Made by a program: the position numbers and the translations under genes. The notes below the pieces were generated by a model. That model made no database searches and was not told the origin of the DNA. It saw only the letters and a program-made list of their open reading frames with translations. Below, piece by piece: positions 40,253-50,748 of a DNA stretch of 64,000 bases. Source of the DNA: Gammaproteobacteria bacterium (lineage in GTDB: Bacteria > Pseudomonadota > Gammaproteobacteria > Pseudomonadales > Litorivicinaceae); assembly GCA_024640985.1 (NCBI GenBank), contig JAHEDY010000001.1, forward strand, positions 35,769 through 99,768, in the 5' to 3' direction. Positions within the stretch are counted from its first letter, which is position 1. Every line of letters starts with the position of its first letter.

Positions 40253-42526
40253 CTAGTCGTCGCCGCGATTCACGTTGGCGAGCGCGACAGCTGCCATATT
40301 GAAAATTCCGCGTGGTGAATTCGAGGCCGTCGCTACATGTGCCTCTTTTTCAAGACCAAGCAAAACCGGACCAACAGTCACGCCATTGCCCAACACTTTG
40401 AGCAAGTTCCTCGCGATGTTTGCCGAATCGAGGTTCGGACAAATCAACAAGTTTGCTGAACCTGTGAGTTTGCTTTCTGGCAGAAGGTCTAGGCGAACTT
40501 TCTCATCGAGTGCCGCGTCAGCATGCATCTCGCCGTCAGACTCAATGTCCGGGTAGCGTTCCATAAACATGGCAGTTGCTTCACGAACCTTGGTCGCCGA
40601 TGGAGTACTCGATGAACCGAAGTTTGAGTGCGACAGAAACGCAGCCTTCGGCTGAATCCCAAAGCGGCGGATCTCGTCTGCGGCGAGTTTCGCAAGCACG
40701 CACAACTGTTCCGCTGTTGGATCAAAGTTGACATGCGTGTCTGTGAGGAAAATCGTTCCTTGCGGCAAAATCAATACCGTCAAAGCGCCGACGACTGGAG
40801 ACTCTTTTTTACGGCCGATAATCTCGTCAACCATTTGCAGGTGTTTGCCATAGGTACCAAAAGTCCCGCAAAGCATCGCATCAGCATCACCACGACGAAG
40901 TAGCATTGATGCCACCACGGTGGTATTGGCTCGAACTCGGGTTTGCGCAGCCTTTGGTGTCATTCCCTGGCGAGCCATCAGCCCGTGGTATTCCTCACCG
41001 ATGGATGTGATCACGTCGTCGTTCAGGTTATCGACGATATCGAAATCTTTGCCTGGGACAATCGAGAGACCCATGGATTTGATCTTGTCCTCGATCACAT
41101 GAGGCCGACCAACCAAGGTGACATCAGCCAGTTGTTCGGACACGATCAGCTGGCAGGCCTGGAGCATTTTTCCACCTTCTCCCTCGGCCAACACCAGTCG
41201 GCGTTTGGTCGAGCGAGCGGCTTCGAACATGGGTTTCATCAGCATGCCTGAGCGGAAGACAAATCGACTGAGGTCATCGCGATAGGCATCAAGATCTTCA
41301 ATGGGGCGGGCGGCGACACCTGATTTCTCAGCGGCTTTCGCGACACCAGGAGGAATTTCCATGATCAAACGTGGATCAAACGGTTTCGGAATCAAGTATT
41401 CAGGCCCGAAGGTCAATTGTTCACCTTGATAGGTGCTCAACACTTCATCCGAAGGTGGTGAGTGCACCATGGCAGCGATGGCTTCGGCGCAAGCTGCTTT
41501 CATTTCTTCATTGATGACTGTCGCACCGCAGTCCAGGGCGCCTCGGAACAAGAATGGGAAGCACAAGACGTTATTGACTTGGTTCGGATAATCCGAGCGA
41601 CCCGTGGCAATCAGCGCATCAGGGCGCACTTCTTTGACAAGTTCGGGCATAATTTCAGGCGTTGGGTTGGCTAACGCGAAGATGACTGGGCGGTCAGCCA
41701 TGTTCTTCACATCGTCTTGGTCGATGACGCCTGGAACAGAAAGCCCGAGAAAGGCATCGGCGCCGACTAGCGCTTCTTTTAAAGTCGTGAGATCTGTCTC
41801 TCTCGCATAGCGTGCTTTATATTGATCCATTGGTGCTTCGCGATCATGTCGAAGGACACCGTGTTGATCGCACACAATGATGTTCTCGTCTTTAACACCG
41901 AGCGTTTTCAACATATTCAAACAGGCTAATGCGGCCGCACCGGCACCTGAACAGACAAGCTTGATATCACCCATATCTTTGCCGAGGTAACGCATGGCAT
42001 TGAGCATGCCCGCTCCAACCACAATTGCGGTTCCGTGCTGATCGTCGTGGAACACTGGGATTTTCATCTTCTCACGCAACCGTGATTCGATTTCAAAGCA
42101 TTCGGGTGCTTTGATGTCTTCTAAATTGATGCCGCCAAATGAAGGCTCAAGTGCTGATACGACGTCACAGAATCGATCCACGTCTGTGGTGTCCACTTCG
42201 ATATCAATGGAGTTGATGTTGGCAAACTTTTTAAAGAGAACCGCCTTGCCTTCCATGACAGGTTTGGATGCCAGTGGGCCGATGGCGCCAAGGCCAAGGA
42301 CGGCTGTTCCGTTGGTAATGACAGCAACCATGTTGCCACGCGCGGTGAGCTCAGCAGCTTTACTTGGGTCTTCGGCAATCTCGGTACAGGCATAGGCAAC
42401 ACCAGGACTGTAGGCGAGTGCTAAATCTCGCTGTGTTGCCATGGGTTTTGTTGCTGCGATCTCTAATTTTCCAGCGGGCGCAGCACGGTGGTACCGGAGC
42501 GCCGCTTCACGGAGGTCATTCGACAT
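40253..42526 (-). CDS. maeB: NADP-dependent malic enzyme (MaeB type, with C-terminal PTA-like domain)
   Basis: YSPGVA, malic enzyme NAD(P)-binding GAGAAA, and a phosphate acetyltransferase-like C-terminal half of about 330 aa. ATG at 42526 ([13 protein letters not shown]...). Confidence 0.9.
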   Translation of the reverse strand: MSNDLREAALRYHRAAPAGKLEIAATKPMATQRDLALAYSPGVAYACTEIAEDPSKAAELTARGNMVAVITNGTAVLGLGAIGPLASKPVMEGKAVLFKKFANINSIDIEVDTTDVDRFCDVVSALEPSFGGINLEDIKAPECFEIESRLREKMKIPVFHDDQHGTAIVVGAGMLNAMRYLGKDMGDIKLVCSGAGAAALACLNMLKTLGVKDENIIVCDQHGVLRHDREAPMDQYKARYARETDLTTLKEALVGADAFLGLSVPGVIDQDDVKNMADRPVIFALANPTPEIMPELVKEVRPDALIATGRSDYPNQVNNVLCFPFLFRGALDCGATVINEEMKAACAEAIAAMVHSPPSDEVLSTYQGEQLTFGPEYLIPKPFDPRLIMEIPPGVAKAAEKSGVAARPIEDLDAYRDDLSRFVFRSGMLMKPMFEAARSTKRRLVLAEGEGGKMLQACQLIVSEQLADVTLVGRPHVIEDKIKSMGLSIVPGKDFDIVDNLNDDVITSIGEEYHGLMARQGMTPKAAQTRVRANTTVVASMLLRRGDADAMLCGTFGTYGKHLQMVDEIIGRKKESPVVGALTVLILPQGTIFLTDTHVNFDPTAEQLCVLAKLAADEIRRFGIQPKAAFLSHSNFGSSSTPSATKVREATAMFMERYPDIESDGEMHADAALDEKVRLDLLPESKLTGSANLLICPNLDSANIARNLLKVLGNGVTVGPVLLGLEKEAHVATASNSPRGIFNMAAVALANVNRGDD

Positions 42527-42604
42527 AGAAATGATTTCCAATTTGTTGCGGGGTTGTTTTCCGGTAGTGTAACGCACTTCTTGAAATAGGTAAGAGGACA
42601 AACG

Positions 42605-42985
42605 ATGTCGATTCGCCGAATGGGGATAGTTTTTGGGTTAGCGCTGGTGGTGGGATCCATCCTGTCGATGTGGTTGCCGGAAAGTGAATCAACCATCGAA
42701 GAACGATTATTTAACGAAATCACCTATCAAATGAGCGAGCTCAAACTCGTCACAGACACCTTGGTCGAGACACGAAACTCCGTCAATGGCACTGCACAAC
42801 GCCAGATTGATGCTGAACTGCAGCGCGCCGCAGATTGGCTGATCGCGTTTCAACCGACAGGTGACACGCATGAGGCCCGTAAAGCCTATCTCATGGAGGA
42901 GCGGGATCGAGTCACGCGTTTGGTCGAAGAGCTGGGAAAAGTGAGAGATTCGGTTTTACAGTCGAAACTCACGACGGCTCAATGA
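42605..42985 (+). CDS. Hypothetical membrane-anchored coiled-coil protein
   Basis: N-terminal TM/signal anchor (GIVFGLALVVGSILSMWL) followed by a helical, charged region. Good RBS (AGAGGA). No recognisable family. Confidence 0.45.
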   Translation: MSIRRMGIVFGLALVVGSILSMWLPESESTIEERLFNEITYQMSELKLVTDTLVETRNSVNGTAQRQIDAELQRAADWLIAFQPTGDTHEARKAYLMEERDRVTRLVEELGKVRDSVLQSKLTTAQ

Positions 42986-43015
42986 TAAACTCGCGTTTTG
43001 TCTGGGATAGTCTCC

Positions 43016-43582
43016 ATGAGCACGCGTCTTCGTTTTTCCTACGCTGATCTCCATCAGACCATTGCTGATGGAGTCGAAAAAATCATCGCCAGCGACTTCC
43101 GGTTCGATGTCATTTTAGCGATCGGTGGAGGCGGATTTATTCCGGCTCGTATTCTTCGGACCTATGTGGAAAAGCCGCTCATTGCGATTTCTCTTGCCCG
43201 CTACCATCCTGATGAACCTCCGTCGGAGATTCCCTACAAGCTGCAATGGGTTGAGGGCGTCAACAACATGATTACTGGAAAGCGCGTTTTGTTGGTCGAT
43301 GAGGTTGATGATGAACGCACCACCTTAGCGTTTGCAATCGGTGAGCTGATGGCAGAAGAACCGGAAGAGATCGGTGTGTTTGTGATGCATAACAAACTCA
43401 AACCAAAAAAAGCGGAATTTCCAGAGGCAGTCAAGCATGTGTTCGTTGGAAAGGATATCGAGGATGTGTGGGTCGATTATCCCTGGGACGCTCGGGACAT
43501 TGTTCAGCATGAACGCGATGCGGCCAGAGGCGGTGTCTTAGAGGTCAACGAAGCCGAGGCGAAGGCCGCCTATCGTAATTGA
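43016..43582 (+). CDS. Phosphoribosyltransferase (purine PRT-like)
   Basis: PRPP-binding motif VLLVDEVDDERTTL. Start is ambiguous (TTG 42998 or ATG 43016). Confidence 0.7.
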   Translation: MSTRLRFSYADLHQTIADGVEKIIASDFRFDVILAIGGGGFIPARILRTYVEKPLIAISLARYHPDEPPSEIPYKLQWVEGVNNMITGKRVLLVDEVDDERTTLAFAIGELMAEEPEEIGVFVMHNKLKPKKAEFPEAVKHVFVGKDIEDVWVDYPWDARDIVQHERDAARGGVLEVNEAEAKAAYRN

Positions 43583-43586
43583 TGAC

Positions 43587-44387
43587 TTATCGCGAAATGC
43601 CTTGAAACCAGGGGTCTGCAGGTAATGCCTGAAACCAGTATCTCCGGATCAGGAAGGCAATGAAAGTCATGACTGCGGTCAGTGCAATATAGAGAAATGC
43701 GGCTCCTCCGTAGACCCACAAATCGTAGCTTCGAGAAAAGACTGTCCTGGCGTGCCCCATCAAATCAAGGACGGTGACGGTGCTCACTAAGGCACTCGCC
43801 TTCAGAAGCAGGATTCCCTCATTGGCAAGCGCGGGCCAGGAGGCTCTCAACGCCTGTGGAAACAAGATCTGACGGTAGGTTTGTCTCTGACTTAAGCCAA
43901 GCGATTGCGCTCCTTCCAATTGTCCTGAGGGCAGGTTCTGGATCCCTCCAATCAAAATATTGGTTTGGTAGGCTGCCGAATTCAGTGTCAGAACAATCAG
44001 GCCAACCCACCATCCACTGCCGAGAAGCGTCCAAGCGATCGACTCGCGAATCCATTCAAATTGAGCGAGCCCGTAATACATCAGCCACAACTGGATCAGG
44101 ATCGGCGTCCCTTGGAAGACATACACATAGGCTTGAATCAATCGATGCGTCCATGACGGTCCAACAGCGAGCATTTGTGCAAGGGTTCGCGCCAGTACAA
44201 ATGCGAGAATCAATGCAAGAATGACTAGTTCGAAGGTGGTGAAAAAGCCATCAAACAGTCTCGGGCAGTGCGGTCCAATGGATGCGGGCAAAACCGCTTG
44301 CAACGGTGTACAAATCGCTTCTCCAGCATCGTAGTGCCAGCCTTTCAACCAAAAATAGAGACTTTTCATCATAGGTTCTAGCATCAC
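43587..44387 (-). CDS. Polar amino acid ABC transporter permease (HisM-like)
   Basis: EAA loop GAQSLGLSQRQTYRQILFPQALR. GTGA overlap with the upstream permease gene. Confidence 0.8.
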   Translation of the reverse strand: MMLEPMMKSLYFWLKGWHYDAGEAICTPLQAVLPASIGPHCPRLFDGFFTTFELVILALILAFVLARTLAQMLAVGPSWTHRLIQAYVYVFQGTPILIQLWLMYYGLAQFEWIRESIAWTLLGSGWWVGLIVLTLNSAAYQTNILIGGIQNLPSGQLEGAQSLGLSQRQTYRQILFPQALRASWPALANEGILLLKASALVSTVTVLDLMGHARTVFSRSYDLWVYGGAAFLYIALTAVMTFIAFLIRRYWFQALPADPWFQGISR

Positions 44388-45091
44388 TGGCGCCCAACGA
44401 GCGACACGCGGTTCTCAATTCGAGTCTTGGCATGATCACTCACATAGGTCATCAACAGATAGAGGGCGCCTGCTGCAAAGAAAAAGAGAAAGGGTTCGCG
44501 TTCAGTCTCACCCGCCACTTTGGCTGTTCTTAACAATTCATCAAAAGCAATGACCGCGACTAATGATGTGTCTTTCAACAAGACCAACCACAGATTCATT
44601 AAACCGGGCAACGCATACCGCCACATTAAGGGCACATGGACTTGCCGAATGGTCTGGAATTGGCTGAGACCCAAAGCATGTGACGCTTCAATCACACCCT
44701 TGGGGACCGCTAAGTAAGCACCTTTGAACACCTCAGAGGCATACACTCCAAAGATCAACCCGAGACCGAAAGCGCCCGCCCAGAATTTCGGTGTGGAGAG
44801 GGTGAGTTCGATCGACAATGCGCGTAAAAGGGCGTTCAGAAGAATATCCAGACCAAAGAACACCACCAGAATCACGAGAAACTCGGGAGTGCCTCGGAAT
44901 AGAAGCGTGACCGCATGAGCGACGGTTCGAAAAAAGCGGTTCGGTTGGAGTTTAAAAAACGCCAGCTTGCCACCGATGATTAAGCCGATCAGCACGGAGG
45001 CAAGCGCGAGGCCAACTGTCATGACTGCACCGATCAGGAGCTCGTCGCCCCAGCCGGTCGATCCAAATGACAGTTTGCCTAATGATTCCAT
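44384..45091 (-). CDS. Polar amino acid ABC transporter permease (HisQ-like)
   Basis: EAA loop EASHALGLSQFQTIRQVHVPLMWR. 5-TM type I permease. Confidence 0.8.
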   Translation of the reverse strand: MESLGKLSFGSTGWGDELLIGAVMTVGLALASVLIGLIIGGKLAFFKLQPNRFFRTVAHAVTLLFRGTPEFLVILVVFFGLDILLNALLRALSIELTLSTPKFWAGAFGLGLIFGVYASEVFKGAYLAVPKGVIEASHALGLSQFQTIRQVHVPLMWRYALPGLMNLWLVLLKDTSLVAVIAFDELLRTAKVAGETEREPFLFFFAAGALYLLMTYVSDHAKTRIENRVSLVGRQ

Positions 45092-45124
45092 GGAATGAGC
45101 GGGGACAACCGTCCCCGCCGCGAC

Positions 45125-45868
45125 TTAATAAATATCAGCAGCGAAATATTTTGCGTTGATCTCAGCGTATTTTCCGTTGGCTCGGATTGCTTCGATCGCT
45201 CTGTTGAACGCTGCTTTGAGATCTGCTTCGCCTTGACGGATACCAATCCCAATTTGGTCATTGATGTCAATCTTATCGCCGGCAAGCGCATAACCAGAGT
45301 TGTCTTTTAACCAGTCCATGGCTGGGTAAATGTCAGACACCATCGCATCCAAACGACCTGCCGATAAATCTGCATAAGCAGCTGTCTGGGTGTCGTAGAG
45401 TTTGACGTCGGAACGGCCCATCAGGTTGTCTTCTGCCCATTGCGAGGCGAGTGTTGAACGCTGTGCGCCAACTGATTTCCCTGCCAGTTTGTCAGGGTCT
45501 GCAACGGCTCCTTTTGGTCCAATCACTGCCAAATAGTTTGAGTAATATTTGTTCGTGAAGTCGATGGTTTGCTTGCGCTCATCGGTAATGGACATCGATG
45601 CAATGATGGCATCGTATTTGTTAGCCACTAACGCTGGGATGATTCCGTCCCAGTCTTGCGCGACCAATTCGCAATTCGCCTGCATTTCTTCGCAGAGTGC
45701 CATCGCAATATCCACGTCAAAACCGATGAGGTTCCCGTTAGCATCCACGCCATTGAATGGAGGATATGCACCTTCGGTCGCAATGCGAAGTGGATCAGGG
45801 ATACCGCCGGCAACCGACGCCTGGGTGGCCAGAGTTAACGCGAGAGCGGTGAGGATTTTTTTCATCAT
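45125..45868 (-). CDS. Periplasmic polar amino acid-binding protein (family 3 SBP; Lys/Arg/Orn/His type)
   Basis: Signal peptide plus LRIATEGAYPPF...GFDVDIA...WDGIIPAL..KYDAIIASMSIT..R, the classic HisJ/ArgT pattern. Confidence 0.85.
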   Translation of the reverse strand: MMKKILTALALTLATQASVAGGIPDPLRIATEGAYPPFNGVDANGNLIGFDVDIAMALCEEMQANCELVAQDWDGIIPALVANKYDAIIASMSITDERKQTIDFTNKYYSNYLAVIGPKGAVADPDKLAGKSVGAQRSTLASQWAEDNLMGRSDVKLYDTQTAAYADLSAGRLDAMVSDIYPAMDWLKDNSGYALAGDKIDINDQIGIGIRQGEADLKAAFNRAIEAIRANGKYAEINAKYFAADIY

Positions 45869-45910
45869 AGTTAAAGTCCTTATTGTCGTTTAGTCGGAGT
45901 TTATCAGTTT

Positions 45911-46351
45911 TCACCAAGAGCCTGTATTGGACATGGACAGCCATGGCTCTGATGGTGGGAGTGCATCACCAGATTGCAACAGCTCGATTGAAATCCCATC
46001 AGGACTTTTGACAAAAGCCATATACCCGTCTCGCGGCGGACGATGGATGGTGATTCCGAGATCTTGGAGATGCGTGCACAAGGCATAGATATCATCAACC
46101 CGATAGGCAAGATGCCCAAAATTTCGACCGCCAGTGTAGTCTTCTGGATCCCAGTTGTAGGTTAATTCGATGAGCGGTGCCTTCTGGATTCGCGCGGTAT
46201 CCATATCCTCGTTCGCCGCGAGAAAAATCAGCGTAAACCGACCACCTTCGCTGTCATATCGGCGCACCTCAGAAAGCCCTAAACCATCACAGAAAAAGCG
46301 CAACGAGGCATCAATATCGGTGATTCGAATCATCGTGTGAAGGTACTGCAT
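45911..46351 (-). CDS. gloA: Lactoylglutathione lyase (glyoxalase I, VOC family)
   Basis: MQYLHTMIRITDIDASLRFF...LG parallels the GloA N-terminus. Paired beta-alpha-beta-beta-beta modules with metal ligands (H, E, H, E positions). ATG at 46351. Confidence 0.75.
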   Translation of the reverse strand: MQYLHTMIRITDIDASLRFFCDGLGLSEVRRYDSEGGRFTLIFLAANEDMDTARIQKAPLIELTYNWDPEDYTGGRNFGHLAYRVDDIYALCTHLQDLGITIHRPPRDGYMAFVKSPDGISIELLQSGDALPPSEPWLSMSNTGSW

Positions 46352-46442
46352 CGACGGCTCCAAATTTTTTTTAGAAATGACTTTTATTTATTGAGAATAA
46401 AGCGCATAAAGCAATTTCAGATTACTACAGAAGTCGAATGTC

Positions 46443-47522
46443 ATGCGTCAGATTTTGATCGGTTTTTCTTTGCTCTTTTCTCAATCGTTGATTGCCGAAG
46501 GAGTTCCTGTTTATGTGGATCGTGCGGTGAGCGCTCAGGTGCAAACAGGAACATCGGTCGCAGGGCGCATCGTCGCCGGTGAAATCTATACCTTATCCGC
46601 TGAGGTCTCTGAATCGGTGTCAGCGATGAATGTTCGCGTCGGCGACACCGTCATAAGCGGTGATGAGTTGGCGCGACTTGACGATACTGAAATACGCAAT
46701 CACTTAAAGAGCTTGAAGGCGCGGCAAGCGTATCTGAGGGCGCATCTTGATCTTCTAAAACAACGGAAGACGGTTCGCTTACAGCAATTGGAACGCGCCA
46801 AAGGCTTGACGTCGCGCGACCTATTAACACGTGATGTGACAGAACAAGCAGAACTCAATGTCATTCAAACAGAAAGTGATGTGGTGAAGACAGCCTACGA
46901 GCTTGAGGATCTGAAAATCGACATCGCTGATAGTGAGCGTCAGTTGAAGCAGACCCGCATCCTTGCGAATGCCAGTGGGCGAGTGATCGAAGTCAGTGTG
47001 ACTGAAGGTCAATATGTCAAACCAGGCGATCAATTATTTCAGCTGCTTCCAGAGCTTGGGGTCGAGGTTGAGGCAGAAGTCAGACCAGAAGCCTATGAAT
47101 CCATGTCGGTAGGCCAGATTGTTTCAGGACAGCTCAGGAAATCCTCAGCCGATCTGAAGGTGCGGGCGTTGATTGCTGAGCAGAATCAGAGGACGGGATC
47201 GAGAGTCATTCGCTTAGAGTTCGTGAGTCCTCCTAAGGCGACCTTAGTGTTGGGTGAGTCGATTGATTTGAAGCTGCCGATCGGTCAACTGACAGAGCAA
47301 GTGACGATTGCCAAGGATGCTGTGATTCCTGGTAAAGAGGGGCATCGTGTCGTTGTCATTGTCGATGGAAAAGCTGAGTCTCGACGCATTGAACTGGGTG
47401 CCGGAGTCGGTGATCGTATCGTGGTCATGAAAGGTGTCACTGCTGGTGATTTAGTTGTCACCCAAGGCCAAGAAGGGCTCCGTAAAGGACAACAGGTCAG
47501 TGTGGTCGGAGGTCAATCGTGA
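46443..47522 (+). CDS. RND efflux periplasmic adaptor (MFP)
   Basis: Signal peptide, lipoyl/coiled-coil/barrel pattern (ILANASGRVIEVSVTEGQYVKPGDQLFQL). 4-nt overlap with the RND gene. Confidence 0.8.
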   Translation: MRQILIGFSLLFSQSLIAEGVPVYVDRAVSAQVQTGTSVAGRIVAGEIYTLSAEVSESVSAMNVRVGDTVISGDELARLDDTEIRNHLKSLKARQAYLRAHLDLLKQRKTVRLQQLERAKGLTSRDLLTRDVTEQAELNVIQTESDVVKTAYELEDLKIDIADSERQLKQTRILANASGRVIEVSVTEGQYVKPGDQLFQLLPELGVEVEAEVRPEAYESMSVGQIVSGQLRKSSADLKVRALIAEQNQRTGSRVIRLEFVSPPKATLVLGESIDLKLPIGQLTEQVTIAKDAVIPGKEGHRVVVIVDGKAESRRIELGAGVGDRIVVMKGVTAGDLVVTQGQEGLRKGQQVSVVGGQS

Positions 47523-50500
47523 ATGGATTGATCCGAGGTGCAATTGCGCATCCGATTGCCGTCTTGGCGATTGTGCTATCCATGATTTTGTTTGGCGTCG
47601 CATCCTTGCAGACCATTCCGATTCAAATGACACCGGACATTGATAAACCGGTGTTACAGGTGCGCGTCAGTTGGCCTGGTGCATCGCCGAAGGATGTAGA
47701 ACAAGAAGTCGTACTTCGTCTTGAACGCGAACTGACGGGGTTATCAGGAGTGCAAAGCGTCGAAAGTGATAGTCGTCGCGGCCAAGCTCGAGTGACTTTA
47801 ACCTACAGTGTCGGGCAAGACATGGATTCGGCCTTAGTGAAATTGCTTGGACAACTGGCCCGAGTTTCTGGTTTGCCCAGTGATGCCAAGCAACCAGAGG
47901 TGAGAACATCGAATTCTGACGATTCACCGATCGCTCGGATGGCGCTGGTGGCGAATGATGGCGTCTCTGTCGATATTGATACCTTGGGAGAATTCGTCGA
48001 TACGGTGATTCTGGAGCCTTTGAGCCGAATCGCTGGTGTGTCTGAAGTCACGTCCCGAGGCGGTGCTGCCCGCGAAATCCGCATTGCACTGGATATGGAC
48101 CGCGTGGCCGAATTTGGTTTGTCGATTTCCGAGATTGCTGATGCCATTCGCGCATCGTCTGCCGAAGTGACTGCTGGAGAAGTGACTGAAGGAAATCGGA
48201 GTTTCACCTTAAGGACAGAGGCCATTAGCTACACCCCAGAGACGGCGAAGGAACTGGTGGTTCGAACAGAGCTCAGAAATGGCCGTGTTTTCAATGTGAA
48301 ATTGTCGGATGTCGCTGATGTTGAACTGGGTTATAAAACGCCCGATAGTTTCCGTCGTTTAAACGGGAGACCCGCAATTACATTTTCGGTACTTCGTGAG
48401 CCAGCATCCAATGTGGTCACCACGCTCGATGCTCTGAAGGCGGAAGTTGATGCGTTAAACCAGGGAGTCTTGGCTGAGCGGGGCCTTGACCTGCGGATCG
48501 TTTATGACGAGACGGTTTACATCGGATCGGCGTTGGATTTGGTTCAAAATAACATCATGATTGGTGGCGTTCTGGCGATTGTGGTGTTGCTCACTTTCCT
48601 TCGTGCGCTCGCACCAACAGCGATCGTGATGATTGCCATTCCGGTCTCGATCATCTCAACTTTTGTGGTGATCGCCGGACTGGGTCTTTCCATCAACGTC
48701 ATTTCGCTCGCCGGACTCGCCTTTGCAGTCGGTATGGTTGTGGATGCATCCATTGTGAGCTTGGAGAATATTTATCGATTAAAGCAATCGGGTGTGGCCA
48801 CTCTAAAAGCATCCTATTGGGGGGCGCGACAGGTCTGGGCCCCCATTCTGGGTTCGGCATTAACCACGGTGGTGGTTTTCATTCCAATCCTGATCCTTGA
48901 TCTTCCAGTTGGTCAATTGTTCCGAGATATTGCCGTCGCGATCAGTGCATCTGTCATTGTGTCAGTGATTGTCTCTGTCACCGTGATTCCTGCGCTCGCA
49001 TCGCGTCTGATCAAAGATGTGAAAAGTTTCGATCAACAACGACGGATTCCGATTGTGGATACCTTAGCTGGTGGCTTTAAGCGTTTGGTATTGGCTTACG
49101 GTCGGAAGGTCGTGCAATCCACAACCCTCGGTTTAGTGATCGTCTTTGGCCTCATTGCTGGATCTGTTGTGACCTTAATTGTGATGATGCCGCCGCTTGA
49201 TTATTTGCCTGACGGAAACCGCAACTTCGTGTTTGGCCGAATATCGGTGCCCTCGGGGTATACGCGGGAAGCGACGGTGAATTTTGCGCAATCGATGGAA
49301 GATGTTGCGCGCCCCCTGTGGGAGAACCCGAATCCTGAAAAACTCCCACACATTGATCGATTCTTTTTTGTGGCATACAACGGAGGTGCCTTTGCAGGTG
49401 CTGCTACTGAAGATGCTGGGCGGATTCGTGAGCTGATACCGGTGTTATCAGAGCCTGTCGCAAAAGCGCCCGGTGCGCGGGCGTTTGTCACACAGGCATC
49501 ATTGTTCGGGCGCTCTGTTGGAGGGTCGAGGGGGATCTTGATTGATGTCTTGGGCCCTGATTACGAGAGCGTTGAGCCGGCCTTTCGTGACATTCGTCGG
49601 CAAGTCGGAGAGCTCTTTCCCCGAAAAGATGGGCATCAAATTCGAGTTCGGCCCTCAGAAAATGCGGTCAGCCCGGAGCTTGTCGTGAGGCCTAGTCCAG
49701 ATGCGCTTGCCCGCGCTGGGGTATCTGCTCGTGATTTTGCGCAAGCCTTAGATGTCTACAACGATGGGATTTTAGTCCGTGAAATTCCGTTGGGTGGTGA
49801 ATTGGTTGAACTCATTTTAACAACCCAAACTCGAGAGACGGCAAAAATTGAAGACATTGCTGATATTCCAGTGATCGCCAGAGATGGATCGCTGGTGAAA
49901 ATCGGTCAAGTCGCGGAGGTGTCGATTGAGTCGGCCCCCAACCAGTTGTTGCGAAAGGCCGGGAGGCGTGTCGTGACAATTGAGCTTCGACTGCATGAAT
50001 CGATTCCATTGGAGACAGCCATTGCGACCATTAATGACCAGGTCGTCGCGCCATTTAACATTGGTTCGAAAAACGGCGTTCGTCTTGAGCTTTCGGGTGC
50101 GGCTGACGAGCTGTCAAAAGCCTGGAGTGCGATGCAGGCGAATGTGATTCTGGCGATTGCCGTGATCTATTTATTATTGGTGGTTCTGCTCAAGAGTTTT
50201 GCACTGCCACTGGTGATCTTGGTCACCGTTCCGATTGCGGCAACAGGTGGTATTTTGGGGCTTAGCCTTCTCAACCTCTTTATGGATCAACCCCTGGATA
50301 TGTTGACCATGCTTGGGTTTATTATTTTGACCGGTGTCGTGGTGAATAATGCGATCCTGATGGTTGAGCAGACGCTGTGGCATATTCAGCATGACGGGAT
50401 GGCTTCGGCCGATGCCATCCTTGAAGCAACAAGTAATCGTATTCGACCGATTTTTATGTCGACACTCACCAGTCTCTTTGGTCTATTGCCTTTGATTGTG

Positions 50501-50692
50501 TTCCCAGGTGCCGGTTCAGAGCTGTATCGGGGAATCGGAATCGTTGTGTTTGGCGGCTTGCTGTTATCGACCGTGCTGGCACTGTTCTTCATTCCGCCAT
50601 TGCTTGCGGTGTTAATGAAACGCTTCCAGCCATCCAGTCCAGTGGGTGACGTCACCGAAGAGATGACGGCACCACTTTCTCAAACTGCCTGA
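47519..50692 (+). CDS. RND efflux permease (AcrB family)
   Basis: 1057 aa, 12 TM with two periplasmic loops and an AFAVGMVVDASIV TM4 motif. Confidence 0.9.
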   Translation: MNGLIRGAIAHPIAVLAIVLSMILFGVASLQTIPIQMTPDIDKPVLQVRVSWPGASPKDVEQEVVLRLERELTGLSGVQSVESDSRRGQARVTLTYSVGQDMDSALVKLLGQLARVSGLPSDAKQPEVRTSNSDDSPIARMALVANDGVSVDIDTLGEFVDTVILEPLSRIAGVSEVTSRGGAAREIRIALDMDRVAEFGLSISEIADAIRASSAEVTAGEVTEGNRSFTLRTEAISYTPETAKELVVRTELRNGRVFNVKLSDVADVELGYKTPDSFRRLNGRPAITFSVLREPASNVVTTLDALKAEVDALNQGVLAERGLDLRIVYDETVYIGSALDLVQNNIMIGGVLAIVVLLTFLRALAPTAIVMIAIPVSIISTFVVIAGLGLSINVISLAGLAFAVGMVVDASIVSLENIYRLKQSGVATLKASYWGARQVWAPILGSALTTVVVFIPILILDLPVGQLFRDIAVAISASVIVSVIVSVTVIPALASRLIKDVKSFDQQRRIPIVDTLAGGFKRLVLAYGRKVVQSTTLGLVIVFGLIAGSVVTLIVMMPPLDYLPDGNRNFVFGRISVPSGYTREATVNFAQSMEDVARPLWENPNPEKLPHIDRFFFVAYNGGAFAGAATEDAGRIRELIPVLSEPVAKAPGARAFVTQASLFGRSVGGSRGILIDVLGPDYESVEPAFRDIRRQVGELFPRKDGHQIRVRPSENAVSPELVVRPSPDALARAGVSARDFAQALDVYNDGILVREIPLGGELVELILTTQTRETAKIEDIADIPVIARDGSLVKIGQVAEVSIESAPNQLLRKAGRRVVTIELRLHESIPLETAIATINDQVVAPFNIGSKNGVRLELSGAADELSKAWSAMQANVILAIAVIYLLLVVLLKSFALPLVILVTVPIAATGGILGLSLLNLFMDQPLDMLTMLGFIILTGVVVNNAILMVEQTLWHIQHDGMASADAILEATSNRIRPIFMSTLTSLFGLLPLIVFPGAGSELYRGIGIVVFGGLLLSTVLALFFIPPLLAVLMKRFQPSSPVGDVTEEMTAPLSQTA

Positions 50693-50702
50693 CGAGACGC
50701 CT

Positions 50703-50728
50703 GAGATTCTGTAGAATCTCGGGCTTTT
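50703..50728 (+). terminator. Weak candidate terminator after the RND operon
   Basis: gagattc-tgta-gaatctc (7-bp stem), then GGGCTTTTC. Confidence 0.35.
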
Positions 50729-50748
50729 CAAATGCACTGAGACCATCC

